Shown: piece by piece, positions 1 through 11,556 of the stretch
Numbering within the stretch: the stretch's first letter is position 1
Layout of the letters: the number at the start of each line of letters is the position of its first letter
NCBI GenBank assembly: GCA_011109175.1
Contig: RDEW01000004.1
Location: 706,030 to 770,029, forward strand
Length of the DNA: 64,000 nt
Reading direction: 5' to 3'
From: Dicyema japonicum
Lineage: Eukaryota; Animalia; Dicyemida
Made by a program: the position numbers and the translations under genes
Notes under the pieces: generated by a model
Database searches by the model: none
Told to the model about the DNA's origin: nothing
Seen by the model: the letters and a program-made list of their open reading frames with translations, nothing else

Positions 1-3000
1 GCAGAAGGAAATGGAGCCGATCTTTGAGGAAAATGAGAGGGCTAACATTGACTTTCTGTGCAAACACCTGGAGATTATACTGAGTGATAATAAGACAAAT
101 CTCAGGTACTCCACTGAGTTACTTCAGGAAAAAGAAGATTGAGTTTTCGGGGGATATAGCCCCGACTGTGCTCAAAAATTCATACATTGTTACAGTAAGC
201 GGTAACCTGATGCTTTGGTGTTTGTCATGAATGCTAAGGATATCCCTGAGCCATCCACCAAACAGGTCTACTGCGAGGTGTTCCTGAAGAATACAAAGAA
301 GATGAAGACCCACAAGGTGGACCCATCCAACCCAAAGTTAGTTTGGTGGATTACGAAAGGTGGAACTCTTACTGTGAGTTTAACACAACTAAAGCAGTTT
401 CCTTGCTTAACGTGAAGTTGTGCCAGGCGAACGTGTTCAACATGAATAATGGTGTCATTGGAAAGGTCTTGGGGGTTGATATTCCAGGTTAAAGTGAAAA
501 TAACGCCTTTTCATAAGAGTGGGGCCAAATGGTACAGTTTGGTGGACAATAATCAGGTCAGTCTTCGCCTCATCGTCAACGTGTACCGACCAAGTAACAT
601 TCAGTTTGGGGGTTGGCCATTCGCTGAGTTTAGTTTCCTTGTAAAGTACGTGAAAAAGAAACCCCCAAAGAAATACTATTTTCTTATAATCCGCGCGGAA
701 ACTGACTCGTACATACTTTCAGGGTACGAAGAGAACAGGTCATCTCCCTCTGAACACTTCAATTTGGATGGGTACATCGTGGACTACTGTCTCAATAATC
801 CCGGTTGTCCTACGGCTTACTTAGATGAGTTTGTTTTCAAGAATGAATTCTGTTTTTACATTTTGAAAGAAGGCAGCAGCATATTCTTCTCTGCTGAGAA
901 TGAGGAAGATCTCAAAAACTGGGTCACTTTGATTTCCAAGGCTACTGGACAAAATTATGTCCCCAATATGTCCATCGAACGGAAAACATCCACCGCCCTC
1001 CGTTCTCCGTTATTGGTAAATCCAGTAAACAACATTGTAATCTACTCTGAAAGCAAAAAACAGCTCCAAATCGCCGTTGATGCCTGTGACCGCAATTACT
1101 TCTTCAAAAAACTCCATCGACTTATTCTGGCGAAGCGATTGAACGAGGATATTGTGACCCTGGTTACCTTGGCTGTAATATTTCAAGGGGCGACTCAGTC
1201 CCATCCACAATTTTATACTCTACAACTACTGCCTGAGGTACTGCATCGAGGGGTCTTCCAAGAATCTGGCTTACCTAGAGAATTACATAGCCTTGATGGA
1301 ACAGGGGATGACGATTGACATTTCCCTGGTCTTCAATGTTTATGCGGAACTGGTCGACTACTTTGTAGCTGACAAGTGCTGTGTTTGTTATTGGCAGTAA
1401 TTTCCTCATCTCCCACGCCATTTTGGTGAGTGATCGTGATTTATTCATTCAACTGCAGTCCCGTCTCACCTTTTTGCTGGAACATCAGCTTACAAACTTC
1501 AGGTCTCTTTGGGTAACATAAAAGATGTGTCTTCCCATTTGGGAGACCAGAGGGGGGAATGGCCAAAACATTGAAATTTTACACAACTCTCTGTTCTGAA
1601 GGAGTAGTTTCGAATGTAACGGTAGTTCGAAGTACCTTCAAAGGATGAGACCCAAGTCTACGCGATGGTGACTGATATTCTCAAAAATACGTCCACGTTG
1701 ACTTACAATTTGATTAAAAACAGGATCAAAGTAGAAGGTACCGTGTAAACGTGAAATTTGTAGAGACCGACTTTGGTAGGAGTAGTAAGCTAAGTTTATA
1801 GTTCAGATTGCCTTCACGAACACAAACTGGTCAAAGTGGTTCGGCGGAGTAATCAAAATAAGCCAAGAATGCGTGAACTTGTATGAGGACATTATCGACT
1901 TTTACCTGAATGTGGGGGATATCGCTTAATTGTAGCAATCACATGAATGCGACAAATTTGTTATTGACTACGCCAATCGTGTGTGGGGGTTTTTACTCTC
2001 TGACCTCAAAATCTGTCTTAGTAACCGTCCCCCAGACGACTGGAGTTGTTGGGACTACTTTATAAAGATTAATGAGTATTTTTATTCCAACGGTTGTGAC
2101 TGGCATTACCACAGATGTTATTTTCCTTCTTTCCACCCACAGGGAGTTTGCGAACTGTTTTGTCAGCTTATTCGACAAATACCTGGAAAATACGATCGCC
2201 AAGCTCGAATCGATGCAACTGAACATACTCAAGGACCACAAGCTCATGAACAGAGAGTATTGCTAGTTGAGAATTTTCAAGGACCGGCTGTATCATTGTC
2301 GATGTCACCGTGGAAGAAATAAAGGGTTTGTTGAAATTTTTAGAGACCCTAAAATGGCCGGATAAAATTTTTGTGGAGGAAGAAACTTGGAAAATCAAGA
2401 AAAAATCAACGCTAATCATCAAAAAATTATCCGAAAAGTGAGGTTTGTCCGCATTTAGACTTTATGACTACCTGTCGCTTACTTTGAGGGAGTCATCCTC
2501 CCACTGTGTGCTGTCGGACTTGATTATTACAATTCTAAATTCGATAGTTTTCATAAAAAACGAGGTAAATTGTAAAATTGACATGAGAATCAATTACATC
2601 TCCTCGATGACGACTTCTTTGATTCGATCATTAGTAACGGGGGGAAGTTGGTGATTGATATGAAGGTGCGGTTGTACTGAGTATAGTTGATTTGTGTCCT
2701 GAATGATGTGCTGTCAAAGCTGGGGAAGTACAGTTCGGTGATTAGTCCTCTCCTGGGAATCCTGGTTTACTGTGGAATTAGGATTAGAAAATTGAAAGTA
2801 ATTTGGGGGAGGAATATGTCCAGTTTGTTGAGGAAAATTGTGACAAGCTAAAACTGGAAATAAGGGATGACCTCGCATGCATTGACATTTTGAAAGTTGA
2901 AGTTTGTATAACAAAGATGTGGATGGAGAAAAGTTTGAAGACGATAAATGACTGGTTTGAAGAAAGGAAGGAGGTCACGTGTCACCCAGAACAGCTTCGT

Positions 3001-3111
3001 AATATAGGAATTATTTGCAAGAAAACGAGGAAAGTGTTTGAAATGAGGGGAGTGAAGCACGTGAGTTCTATTATTTATGAGGAAATATGGAAGAGAATAC
3101 ACGTAGAATAA
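1..3111 (+). CDS. CADPS: Calcium-dependent secretion activator (CAPS/UNC-31): C2 + PH + MUN domains; 5' end outside window; about 17 micro-introns
   Basis: Spliced translation matches CAPS motifs: KKYYFLIIR..GYEE..FNLDGYIVDY, KEGSSIFFSAENEEDLKNWV..ATGQ, RCVFPFGRPEG, PPDDWSCW, LKWPD, C-terminal YEEIWKRIHVE. Example introns: 106-127 (22 nt), 337-359 (23), 466-487 (22), 2257-2281 (25). Confidence 0.92.
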
Positions 3112-3273
3112 TAATTATTTATTAGATCGACCAAATGAAGTCTATTATTAAAAATGGAGACAAAAATAAAAACAAAGTTATTAAAGTTATTAATAAGTTA
3201 AAAAACAGAAAAATTGGAGAATAATTTTTCTTTTTTGTGTTGGGTGCTTGCTCTGTTGCTATGAGTCTAAGGA

Positions 3274-3485
3274 TTTCCTTTTTGCCTTCTTCGATTCCTA
3301 GGGGAGTCATTGGATTAGTCAAGCACAGGAGACGGCCAATGAGTGGCCGGGTCCCATTTCCTTAGAAGATTAGGTAACGTAGTGGTTGTGCTGACGCTGT
3401 GACTTCGATTCAAAGGATTTCCTTTCCACGTTCCTCGATTCCTAGAGGAGTCATTGGATCAGCCGAACTCAGGAGTTGGCCAAGT
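3274..3485. repeat. Imperfect tandem duplication (~140 bp period), probably a retroelement 3' remnant
   Basis: ttcgattcctaggggagtcattggattagtcaagcacaggag recurs as ctcgattcctagaggagtcattggatcagccgaactcaggag. Confidence 0.55.
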
Positions 3486-3607
3486 CGTTCCCATAAGGGG
3501 ATACTTTGAAAAGATACGTACCACTCCGGGGGAACTGGCTAAAACCCATTTCGGGTATATCCGGGTTATTAAAAACGCATAATCGTAAATTTATATTAGA
3601 AAAAATA

Positions 3608-4365
3608 TTACTGGCAGGATCCACCTGTTTTCTCAAAAAACACATCATTAGAGAATTCCTGAAAAAGTAAAAGTGCAAACCTTAAAAATACTTGCCACAT
3701 AATCAGAAATACGTCTGATTTGTTTATATTAACGGGCAACCTTATATCACCTATTTGCAGCTGCACATCCTTCAGCCGCGTCAAAGTACTCTTCAATGCC
3801 GAATTCTTTGATCCGAGCTACGCTTCACATAGAAAATTACATTATTCTTTATTAGCTCATTTTCCATTTCTAGGAATTCCACCAAATCATTAGGACACGT
3901 GTCTGACTGTTCTGATTTGCTTTTGTAATCACCGACCAATTTGAGTAGACGTGCATTTTCCCTACGAAGTTCGAAATTTTCTGCTTCCAATTTGTCCCTT
4001 ATTCCTGAGTGAACACTCAACTGCCTCTCAGACTGTAATTTCATCCGCATCCTGTCCTTTTCCAATTTCTCTAATCTGCTAATTAGATTGTTATCGTGGT
4101 TTGTTATCAACGAAATATTACTTGGTTCGGATATGTGGGAGTTTGTCGATATTGTTGAGTCTGCAGTCCCGCAATTCTTCAATTTTACGGAATAAGGTCT
4201 ATTTTGTGGTTACACGTCTTACTGATTCCCGTTCTCTCGCCTTCTCCAGTTTGTACTCCAAATCTTGATTCCTTTGTAATAGAGACTTTGATTTGTAAAA
4301 TTAAGTACTTCAATTTTACTTTGTTGGGTACTGTCGTGGCACTCTTCTAGGTTTGTGCAGGACAT
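3608..4365 (-). CDS. Uncharacterised coiled-coil protein with 5 micro-introns (one probable homopolymer frameshift at 4168-4170)
   Basis: Five GT-AG introns of 23, 24, 23, 26 and 22 nt join heptad-rich exons (SLLQRNQDLEYKLEKARERES; LEAENFELRRENARLLKLV) ending in TGGSCQ*. AT-rich upstream island at 4440-4530. Start codon uncertain. Confidence 0.7.
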
Positions 4366-4545
4366 ACTGCAAACATTATGTAAGCCATTGATATAATTCG
4401 CTTAGATAATCTTACATTACGCTGTAGATTGCTTGACTACGATTTAATATCGTTTATTTAATTATTTTGTAATAATTTTAATTTTTAAAAATATTATTTT
4501 AACTATTAATTTATTTATAGACAAAAATTTTAGAACATTCTGGAA

Positions 4546-4621
4546 TCTAAGGCACTTGTGGGAACGCCCAGAATTCCCGCTTGATGGCGACTGACCTCCC
4601 ACAGTGAGGTTAGGGTAACTG
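4546..4621 (+). ncRNA. Candidate structured two-hairpin RNA/DNA motif, copy 1
   Basis: Shares linkers TCTAAGGYACTT / CGCTTGA(A)TGGC / GGTAACTG with 13202-13269. Stems are GTGGGAA:TTCCCGC and CTGACCTC:GAGGTTAG. Confidence 0.4.
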
Positions 4622-5160
4622 ATGGGAGATTGCCTCAAAAAAACATATTGATGAAAAACAGGAGAAATGGAAGTGACTGACCATAGTTTCTTGTGTTGCA
4701 CGTGGCCTGTGAAAGTGCTTATAATAATGTAAACTTATTCCTCCCCACTTACACTTATCTTTGAGAAACATTCATCAAGAGTTTTTACCCAGTTCCCCCA
4801 GTCAGAAAGGTACTTATTTTTTTCAGCACAAACAGCCATAACTAATTAATCCAAGGAAAAAACCCAAGAGAGAACATCTGCTTGTACTGACCAAATCCAT
4901 CTTAATATTCCATTACAGACTTCCGCTTTAGGAGAGAGGTGGAGAAGTAAGTCAACCCTCTTCCATTTTGTCGCACGTACTACTTTCACGGATATCACTT
5001 CATTCTTGAGCGAAAGAGTTTTCATAATGTAATCTTCACCAGAGGATTTTGTCAGGGAGAATAGTAGAAAGATCTTTTTCAACTACTTGTCGTGCCAGAA
5101 GGACTCGTCGCCTCTTGGGTGGGATCTGTTTGACAAGAATTGACCTTCGCTGAAAACTCT

Positions 5161-5230
5161 ATCTTTCGGATTCGAACCCACAACCTTCAGATCCGATGTC
5201 ATCAGACGCTACATTCAGCCAGAAGACGGC
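5161..5230 (-). pseudogene. tRNA-like remnant (Arg-TCG-like) or tRNA-derived SINE head
   Basis: Minus strand reads tggctgaatgtagcgtctgatgacatcggatctgaaggttgtGGTTCGAATCC: a B-box and Arg-like anticodon arm with an insertion. The acceptor stem is not intact. Confidence 0.5.
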
Positions 5231-5344
5231 AAATTGGCAGAAAGGAATCCTTGACTACTGGTAGCGGGAAAATTACATGTAAAATTTTATTAAATAATTT
5301 AATTTTTAAATAAATATGCGGTAATAAAAATAATTGAATATATT

Positions 5345-5359
5345 TTTGAAAACGCGCGT
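5345..5359 (+). promoter_or_regulatory. Candidate CHR (TTTGAA) and E2F/MCB-like (ACGCGCGT) cell-cycle elements abutting the kinase ATG
   Basis: tttgaaaacgcgcgttATG directly follows an AT-rich island. CHR/E2F sites are typical of mitotic genes, but the motifs are short and could occur by chance. Confidence 0.4.
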
Positions 5360-5360
5360 T

Positions 5361-6282
5361 ATGTCTCGAAAGTTGGTATTTTGAGTAAATCCACAGCAGA
5401 AAACTCTGTCTAGATGACTTTCACATTGGAAAGAAGTTGGGGTCCGGGAGACTTGCTGAGGTATTTTTAGTTCAGGAAAAGAAGACGAAGGAAGTCTACG
5501 CTATAAAAGTAAATAAATGACCAAAACTAGGCGATCGAATTTACAAAACTTCCCGAAAACGGAATCGTGGATGTGTACAGGGAAATCGAGTTTCACTACC
5601 ATCTAAAGTTGAGTTTTCTGTTTATTAGTCACCCTTACATCCTGACACTGTTCGACTACTTCTATGACGAGGATATGGTTTACTTGGTGATGGAACACGC
5701 TATAAACGGATCCCTTGAAGACAAACTGTATAGATGTAAGAAACTGAGCGAAAGGGAATCATCCAGAGTGAAAGGTCTCTATTAATTGAGTAGATCGTTT
5801 GGGAACTCATGAAAGCCCTCGACCACTGTCATTCCTTGGGGGTCATTCACAGAGATGTCAAACCGGCCAATATTTTGTTCGCCTTGCATGATATTGTCCG
5901 TCTGTCTGATTTTGGTATTTCCGTCCACCCGGAAGCTTCACGTTGTATAACGATGGGGGGCACTGTCGAGTATATGGCCCCAGAGGTCGTGAGAGGTCAG
6001 AAATATGACCACAATGTTGATGTTTGGGCTGTGGGGATTGTCTCCTTCGAACTCATCGTTGGAAGAACTCCATTTTGTGATAATCCGGAAATGGGGGAGG
6101 CTGAAATAATGAGAAGAATTGATTCTATGGTCTTTGAAATCCCCTCAGTTATCTCTAACGAAGCAAGGGACTTTATTCTAAGGATTCTGCGGGAGGACCC
6201 GAACGAGAGGATGCCTTTGAGTGAGGCTGTCGATCATGAATGGATATCCAAGTTTGACCACGTGCACTATTATGATAATTAA
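5361..6282 (+). CDS. Aurora-family-like Ser/Thr protein kinase, 4 micro-introns
   Basis: Motifs LDDFHIGKKLGSG, YAIK, REIEFHYHL-HPYILTLFDYFYD, HRDVKPANIL, DFG, GTVEYMAPE, DVWAVG. Introns of 25 (5372-5396), 22, 21 and 26 nt. Confidence 0.85.
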
Positions 6283-6666
6283 TGATATTCCTGTTTCCCC
6301 CTCATTTTAAATCGATTTATTTACTTGGAGGTTGTCTCCAGTGCATGGTGAGGAGATCTTAATAATAGCTCTCTTCGTAGAGGAGTGATGTTTCGACTAC
6401 TAAACCTCCACCTAAGCAGGACACACTTTATTTTAATGGGAAATAAAAGTTATTAATCCTAGGAATTAGGTTAAGGAACATCTTGGTTGTGTGAGTTTCA
6501 GCAAATAATCCAGTTTCGTAAGGAGACATTATTGGTGATGGCGTCACTCGTCAAGGTATCGTAGATGCGCACAGCCTTCAACTGGGATGGACAGCAGCGA
6601 AATTCGGTTATTATGACGCTAATCCAGTGGAAGGGTTCACACAATGGCGTGTACGTTCCAGTCTTA

Positions 6667-6740
6667 GGGGGAACTGGATAAAACCCATTTCGGGTATATC
6701 CGGGGTTTAAAAAAGCACTGCACCGTGACATAATATCCAG
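6667..6740 (+). mobile_element. Second copy of the GGGGGAACTGG element left end (solo/truncated)
   Basis: gggggaactggataaaacccatttcgggtatatccggg is nearly identical to 3528-3565; preceded by TTA. Confidence 0.6.
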
Positions 6741-7425
6741 GAAGTTAACTTTCTCATTGGATTAGCACAATTTAATCTACCCCCTAAGTTCATTTTTCTC
6801 AGAAAAACCAAGAAAGCGTAATATCTAAAGATTATTATAATACCAGGAAATCACCAGGCCGATCATGGTTGTTTCAGCCTCTCTCAGTAGCCTCTCATCT
6901 TAGCACAATGTTCAGATTCTCAGTATTATCACTGTACAGGCAGAAGGTCGCCTAAGGTAAACTGCGCGCCAGTCCCTCCTGACTCGGGTCTCAAAGGGGT
7001 TAGGAAAACATCATTGGTTATGAAAGTAACCCAGTCTTGTATTTATTTAACCTGGTCCCTTCGAGTTAAGGAAACCTGAGGCTAACAGGAACGTCAAATC
7101 AAGAGCGGACGCTCCCAGAGACCCGTCAGGTGTATTAGTGCTGTGCAGAACTCGGAGGTGGACCAGAACAAGAGAAGAGGTGACTACTTGTCAAGAAGGC
7201 ATAATGGGCAAAGTTGAGAGGACGATTGTCCGATTCTGTTCAAATAGGAACGTAAGTGGTGATCGCAAGGAAGTACGCCAAGTAGACACGATCTTTGCTT
7301 TCGTCAATATTCAGTGAACCCCAGCCTTATAAGAGACCACCAGCCATTAAATAGAGTAGATAGACTCCAAAAATGTTAAAAGTCAGTCAAATAATAAATA
7401 ATATATTTATAAGCAAATAAAATAA

Positions 7426-8310
7426 TCACAAAATTCCGTATTTGTTGAGAATATTCCTAGCATTTTCAGCATCATTTTGATAAGTATTGCAATAATCGTA
7501 GTACTCCAGGATAGTTCTCACCAGTGGAATCACACTGTTCATGTCTATTCTACATTCAGCCAACCAGTTCTTTATCTGACTATTCTCAAAACTGCCAGCC
7601 ATCACCAGAGCAGCTAAAATCATCGATCAAACCAACCCATAGCAATCAGATACGGAGGGAAGAGAACGGGTAGTTCTGTCCTCAAACTATCGTTTATGAC
7701 TGACCAGGCCAAATCAAACAGTTTATCGTCCTTAAAGTCCCTGGCGAAGGTAGAGAGTGACCTGTAGGGGAGAAACACCAAAATGGAGCAATCCAATATT
7801 TCTATCAATTTGAATTCGTGGGCTAATATTATTTGGGGACTGATCTTCCCGTCATTTACCTTATAAGTAGTCCCAAGGGAGCTATTACCTAACAAATAGA
7901 CATTAAGGGGTACATATTTGTATCAATGTGGTGGTTAACTTGCCGGATGACAATTGACCACACTCCTGTGCCTTGGAAGCCAGGAATATGCACGTGGATG
8001 ACATTATTATTGGGTTTAGTTCAAAAAATGAGTTTCTAAGGGTATGGTGATATGGTGACCTTATATAACATCTACGAAAATAAATGGAGGCAGTCGCAAT
8101 CACTTCCTCTTTGAGTTGAAGAATTTCCCCCATTTGTTGTATGAGGTTTGTAAAGTAGACCATAAGTCCGTAGAACTCCTTGTTGGAGATGGCTCCCAGA
8201 GTAGTAGACTGGTGGAAGGTGATCTCCTGTTTGTCAAAGATCCAGTTTTTGCTTAAATTGTGAAAAAATGGGCCAAACTAGTGAGAACTGGTCCAGAAAT
8301 TGGCACTCAT
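7426..8310 (-). CDS. CCNC: Cyclin C
   Basis: MSANFWTSSH-Y-KNWIFDKQE; VIATASIYFRRCY; TCIFLASKAQECG; AWSVINDSLRT..LFPPYLIA. Introns of 27, 24, 25 and 23 nt. Confidence 0.93.
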
Positions 8311-8589
8311 AAGAAGATGATCATTGCTGTTTTGATGACATAAATTTATATTTTGTAAATAATATTTTTAAATATTAACAATTAATAAATTCTATATTTT
8401 TTAGTTTAATTAATTACTGTCTCAATATTATTTGATAAAAAATAATTACAACTAACAACTCTGACACACTGAGGGATCTGGCTAAGAACAGAAAAGCCTG
8501 GAATAAGCTAGCTCTTTCTCTTATATTTTTTGCTGCAAATGCGGGGCTATAAATATTATGGATCTTGTGAAAGTGCTAATAATAATAAC

Positions 8590-8761
8590 TCTGAGGATAT
8601 CGAGGACGACCGGATGCACGCTACCCGTTGTAATCCAAGAAGACCTAAGGAATTCCAAAATGCGTCTATATGTTCTCTGTATAGTCACATCCTCGAAGGG
8701 AGCGTGGAGGAATCTCACAGAAAAAATTGCCCGTTGTGCTGCGAACGAGAAGATAACTTAA
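8590..8761 (+). mobile_element. RTE-like LINE C-terminal remnant
   Basis: TTGCTLPVVIQEDLR...WRNL resembles SRTTLPQILNNDLR at 41515-41560. Related pieces at 11270-11470 (tandem pair) and 55980-56110. Confidence 0.45.
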
Positions 8762-9367
8762 GTTGCGTTTTGTGCATAACCGCTGGTGTCCTACGAGTCA
8801 GTGAGACCTGTGATACTCAGCTAACTAACAATTTTTAGCAATTCACACTTATCAGTGAACAGAATGTAAGTAGGCTATGAATTACCCTCTCATGATCTCA
8901 AGGTCGATGCTTTGGAGGCACCGTCGCTTCAGTCTAGCGAACCGGCTTCAACTAGGAAGTGAAGCATAAGACTAGCTGTCTCAAAAATTTTTAAATGATC
9001 GCAAAATTAAAATTACACGGTTTGCAGGACTGTGGAAGGAAGAACCCAGAATGACACGATAACTCTTCCATAACACTGGGCTCGCGATCACGATGGGTAA
9101 TTCCCCTGAAGGCCATAATGGAGACCTTGTCATAATAACTTACTTGGTGACCAGCTCCATCAGTCTTTTTTCCTCGATTAATAAGCGTAACTGTTCCTCC
9201 CTTCTTGTATGCCCTGCCTATGTGGAGGTTTAAGTAATGGAAACATTGCCACTCCCCATAGAAGGCATATTAGTGATTATACTGAATAAATCAATATTTA
9301 ATAAGAAAACACAAAAATACAGGGAAAACGGCTCATTAGTCAAGTATGCGATAATTAAGTGTAAATT

Positions 9368-9432
9368 GCGGGTAGTATAGTGGTTAGTGCTTTCGTCCCC
9401 CGATTAGTTGTGGGCTCCATTCCCACATCGTT
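9368..9432 (+). pseudogene. Degenerate tRNA-like sequence / SINE head
   Basis: A-box TAGTATAGTGGTTAG and decayed B-box GGGCTCCATTCCC. Downstream agtaggctatgaattaccc (9481) recurs at 8869. Confidence 0.4.
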
Positions 9433-11556
9433 TTGAAGGTTCCTTTCTATGCTTTCATTAAATTCTAAGAGGCATCCACCAGTAGGCTATGAATTACCCC
9501 CCCCCCAGTGCCTTGTCGGCAACCAAAGGGGATATCTCTTTTTTTTGTTGAAAAAGTTCCCACAATGGTAGATATGGATGGATGTGATGTGCGCCACAGA
9601 CCGTCGACCCCCGAGGGGACGGAAAATTAATTTCTTGTGCAAACATTTTTTTCGATAAGGCACTTTTTGAAACTATAAGTAATCCTTCAACTCCCTACTA
9701 AGTTTTTATATACGGTTTCTCCCAACGAGATCGGGATCCCTTACTGACAACTACTTTCTTTCACATCGATATTCCTCTCGTGCCGTCCTGTTTTCTGACC
9801 CACCAATTTTTCACACCCCCTGTTTTGTGATTTCTTAGAAAAAGCTTCCAAATATTATCCTCTCTTGGTTTTTTTCCGTGAAGTAATTCCCAATATAGAA
9901 CATATCCAAAAAGTTTCCACCGATCTTCGAGAATTATCTCTGATGATTTCCTGATCCTTCATGGGTACTGTCTCCAGTGACGTTTCGATAGAACCCGTCT
10001 GTTTTGGTAAATTCAGTTCTTTGTATCCCCCAGATGGCGGCATTATACGTTAAAATAGGATTATGAATGCTTACGCGATCAGGGCATTCTGTCCACCACG
10101 GACTCAGATCGACTACACGTCCGGTTAAAAGACTATCCCACATCAGACAAGAGAGTGAGAAGGCGATAGCAAAATCCACTTCAACAAATCCCAAAAAGTC
10201 CTTGAGGTAACCTTTGATATACACACGTGTTTATAGAGACAGACAAAGACCAGAAACTAAATCTGCTGAATGTGTTCTCAGGACTATGGAAGATCACAAC
10301 CCTTGTCATATAAACGTTATCCAAACAGTGAATCGATCCATGTACTTCTTATGCCTCGAGGGGTCCATCCATTTCCCAGAATGTCGAGAAGATCACGGCC
10401 ATCTAGAAAAGGGTGTACAATTGATTACTGGGCATAAACGACTGCCCCCAAACACTGGAAACCCAAAATGTCTAAACGGTTTATGTCACACCGTGACCTT
10501 GCAGATCTAACTAATGGACTCATAAAGGAACATCAAGCAAAGTTGAGAGCTCTGTCGGCCGGGATCACTAGTTGAGGTCTTTACTTTTGGATTTTGGAGT
10601 AAATTCATCCTACCATGGATAGTATTATCATCTCCACCGTTTTTTTGATCCAAAATTATTATTGTTACGTTTTCTCAGCTAATTTATGTGATATTCTTCA
10701 AGATCCGTTTTTGTAATTTTTTCAAGTTTTAAAGTTATAGAGTGGATTCGTTGACGAACACATCGTATAAACTCATTTGGAGATTCCGAAAGCCCTCCAA
10801 ATGCTCCACGTCTTTTTAATCGCACAAGATTCCAGCATTTTTAGTCACTTTCGACTCCCTTATGACTTTTTGAAAAACACTGCCAGCGAGTCGATCTACT
10901 TTGGTAAAGATGATTGGGTTCGGGCCAAAGAAAAGAATCTGTCGAAAAAGTGTCACCCCGCTCGCGAATGCCCATCTAACTTGTCATTCCGATAGAGATG
11001 ACCGGTTCGCTCCAAAGAGAAAAAGATCAAAGCTCAAAAATATTCTCTAAATTTAGTAAACACAAATTGAGAGACACTCCACAGCCATAAGTGCCAGGAA
11101 AAATTCGAAATTCCCGCTGTTATTCCTGTTGACGATCCATCTTGTTTTGACGAGTAAAGTCGTCACCAGTGAACCTGATAAAAAACCAAGTTAAGAGCAT
11201 GCCCCTTCAACCAGCAAAGTCATTTTATGATAACACTAGTACTAATTGCGACGGAGGAACACGTTGCTGTGAGTGGACCACGTTCCTCTGGACGCCCATA
11301 AGTCGCGCTTCCTGGGATACTTTATGCGGATCTCAAAGACAACTGAGATGTGAAAAGCACTAATTACGGCTGAGGTAGACTTCGCTGAGAATGTACCACA
11401 TTCAGACGCTCACAAGTCACGCTTCCTGGTATACGTATCACAGGAGCGTCAAAAGACAGTGAGACGGAAAACACCTCGACGACCTAAGGAAGTAACACTA
11501 GGTCGATTTGCTGTCTCCACCAATGTTGCATTAATAACAATTAGTATTAATAGTAA

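Larger units (their letters stand above)
3528..4799. mobile_element. Putative TIR-bounded DNA element (GGGGGAACTGG termini) enclosing a spliced coiled-coil gene
   Basis: Left end GGGGGAACTGGCTAAAAC (3528-3545); right end reverse complement GGGGGAACTGGGTAAAAAC (4781-4799). The left ~70 bp recurs at 6667. No clean TSD. Confidence 0.5.

Noticed and set aside
2241-2281. GC donor, non-AG acceptor or stop readthrough in CADPS
   Set aside because: A canonical 25-nt GT-AG intron (2257-2281) restores the frame.
4546-4630. HDV-like or twister ribozyme assignment
   Set aside because: I could not build P1/P1.1/P3 or the twister P4 loop consistently in both copies; left unclassified.
5160-5205. Hammerhead ribozyme (CUGAUGA...GAAA on the minus strand)
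   Set aside because: Stem II cannot close (C opposite C), and the sequence is better explained as a tRNA-derived remnant.
9855-10620. Host gene on the minus strand
   Set aside because: Two intron-like 26-nt segments exist, but I could not obtain a stop-free or recognisable protein.
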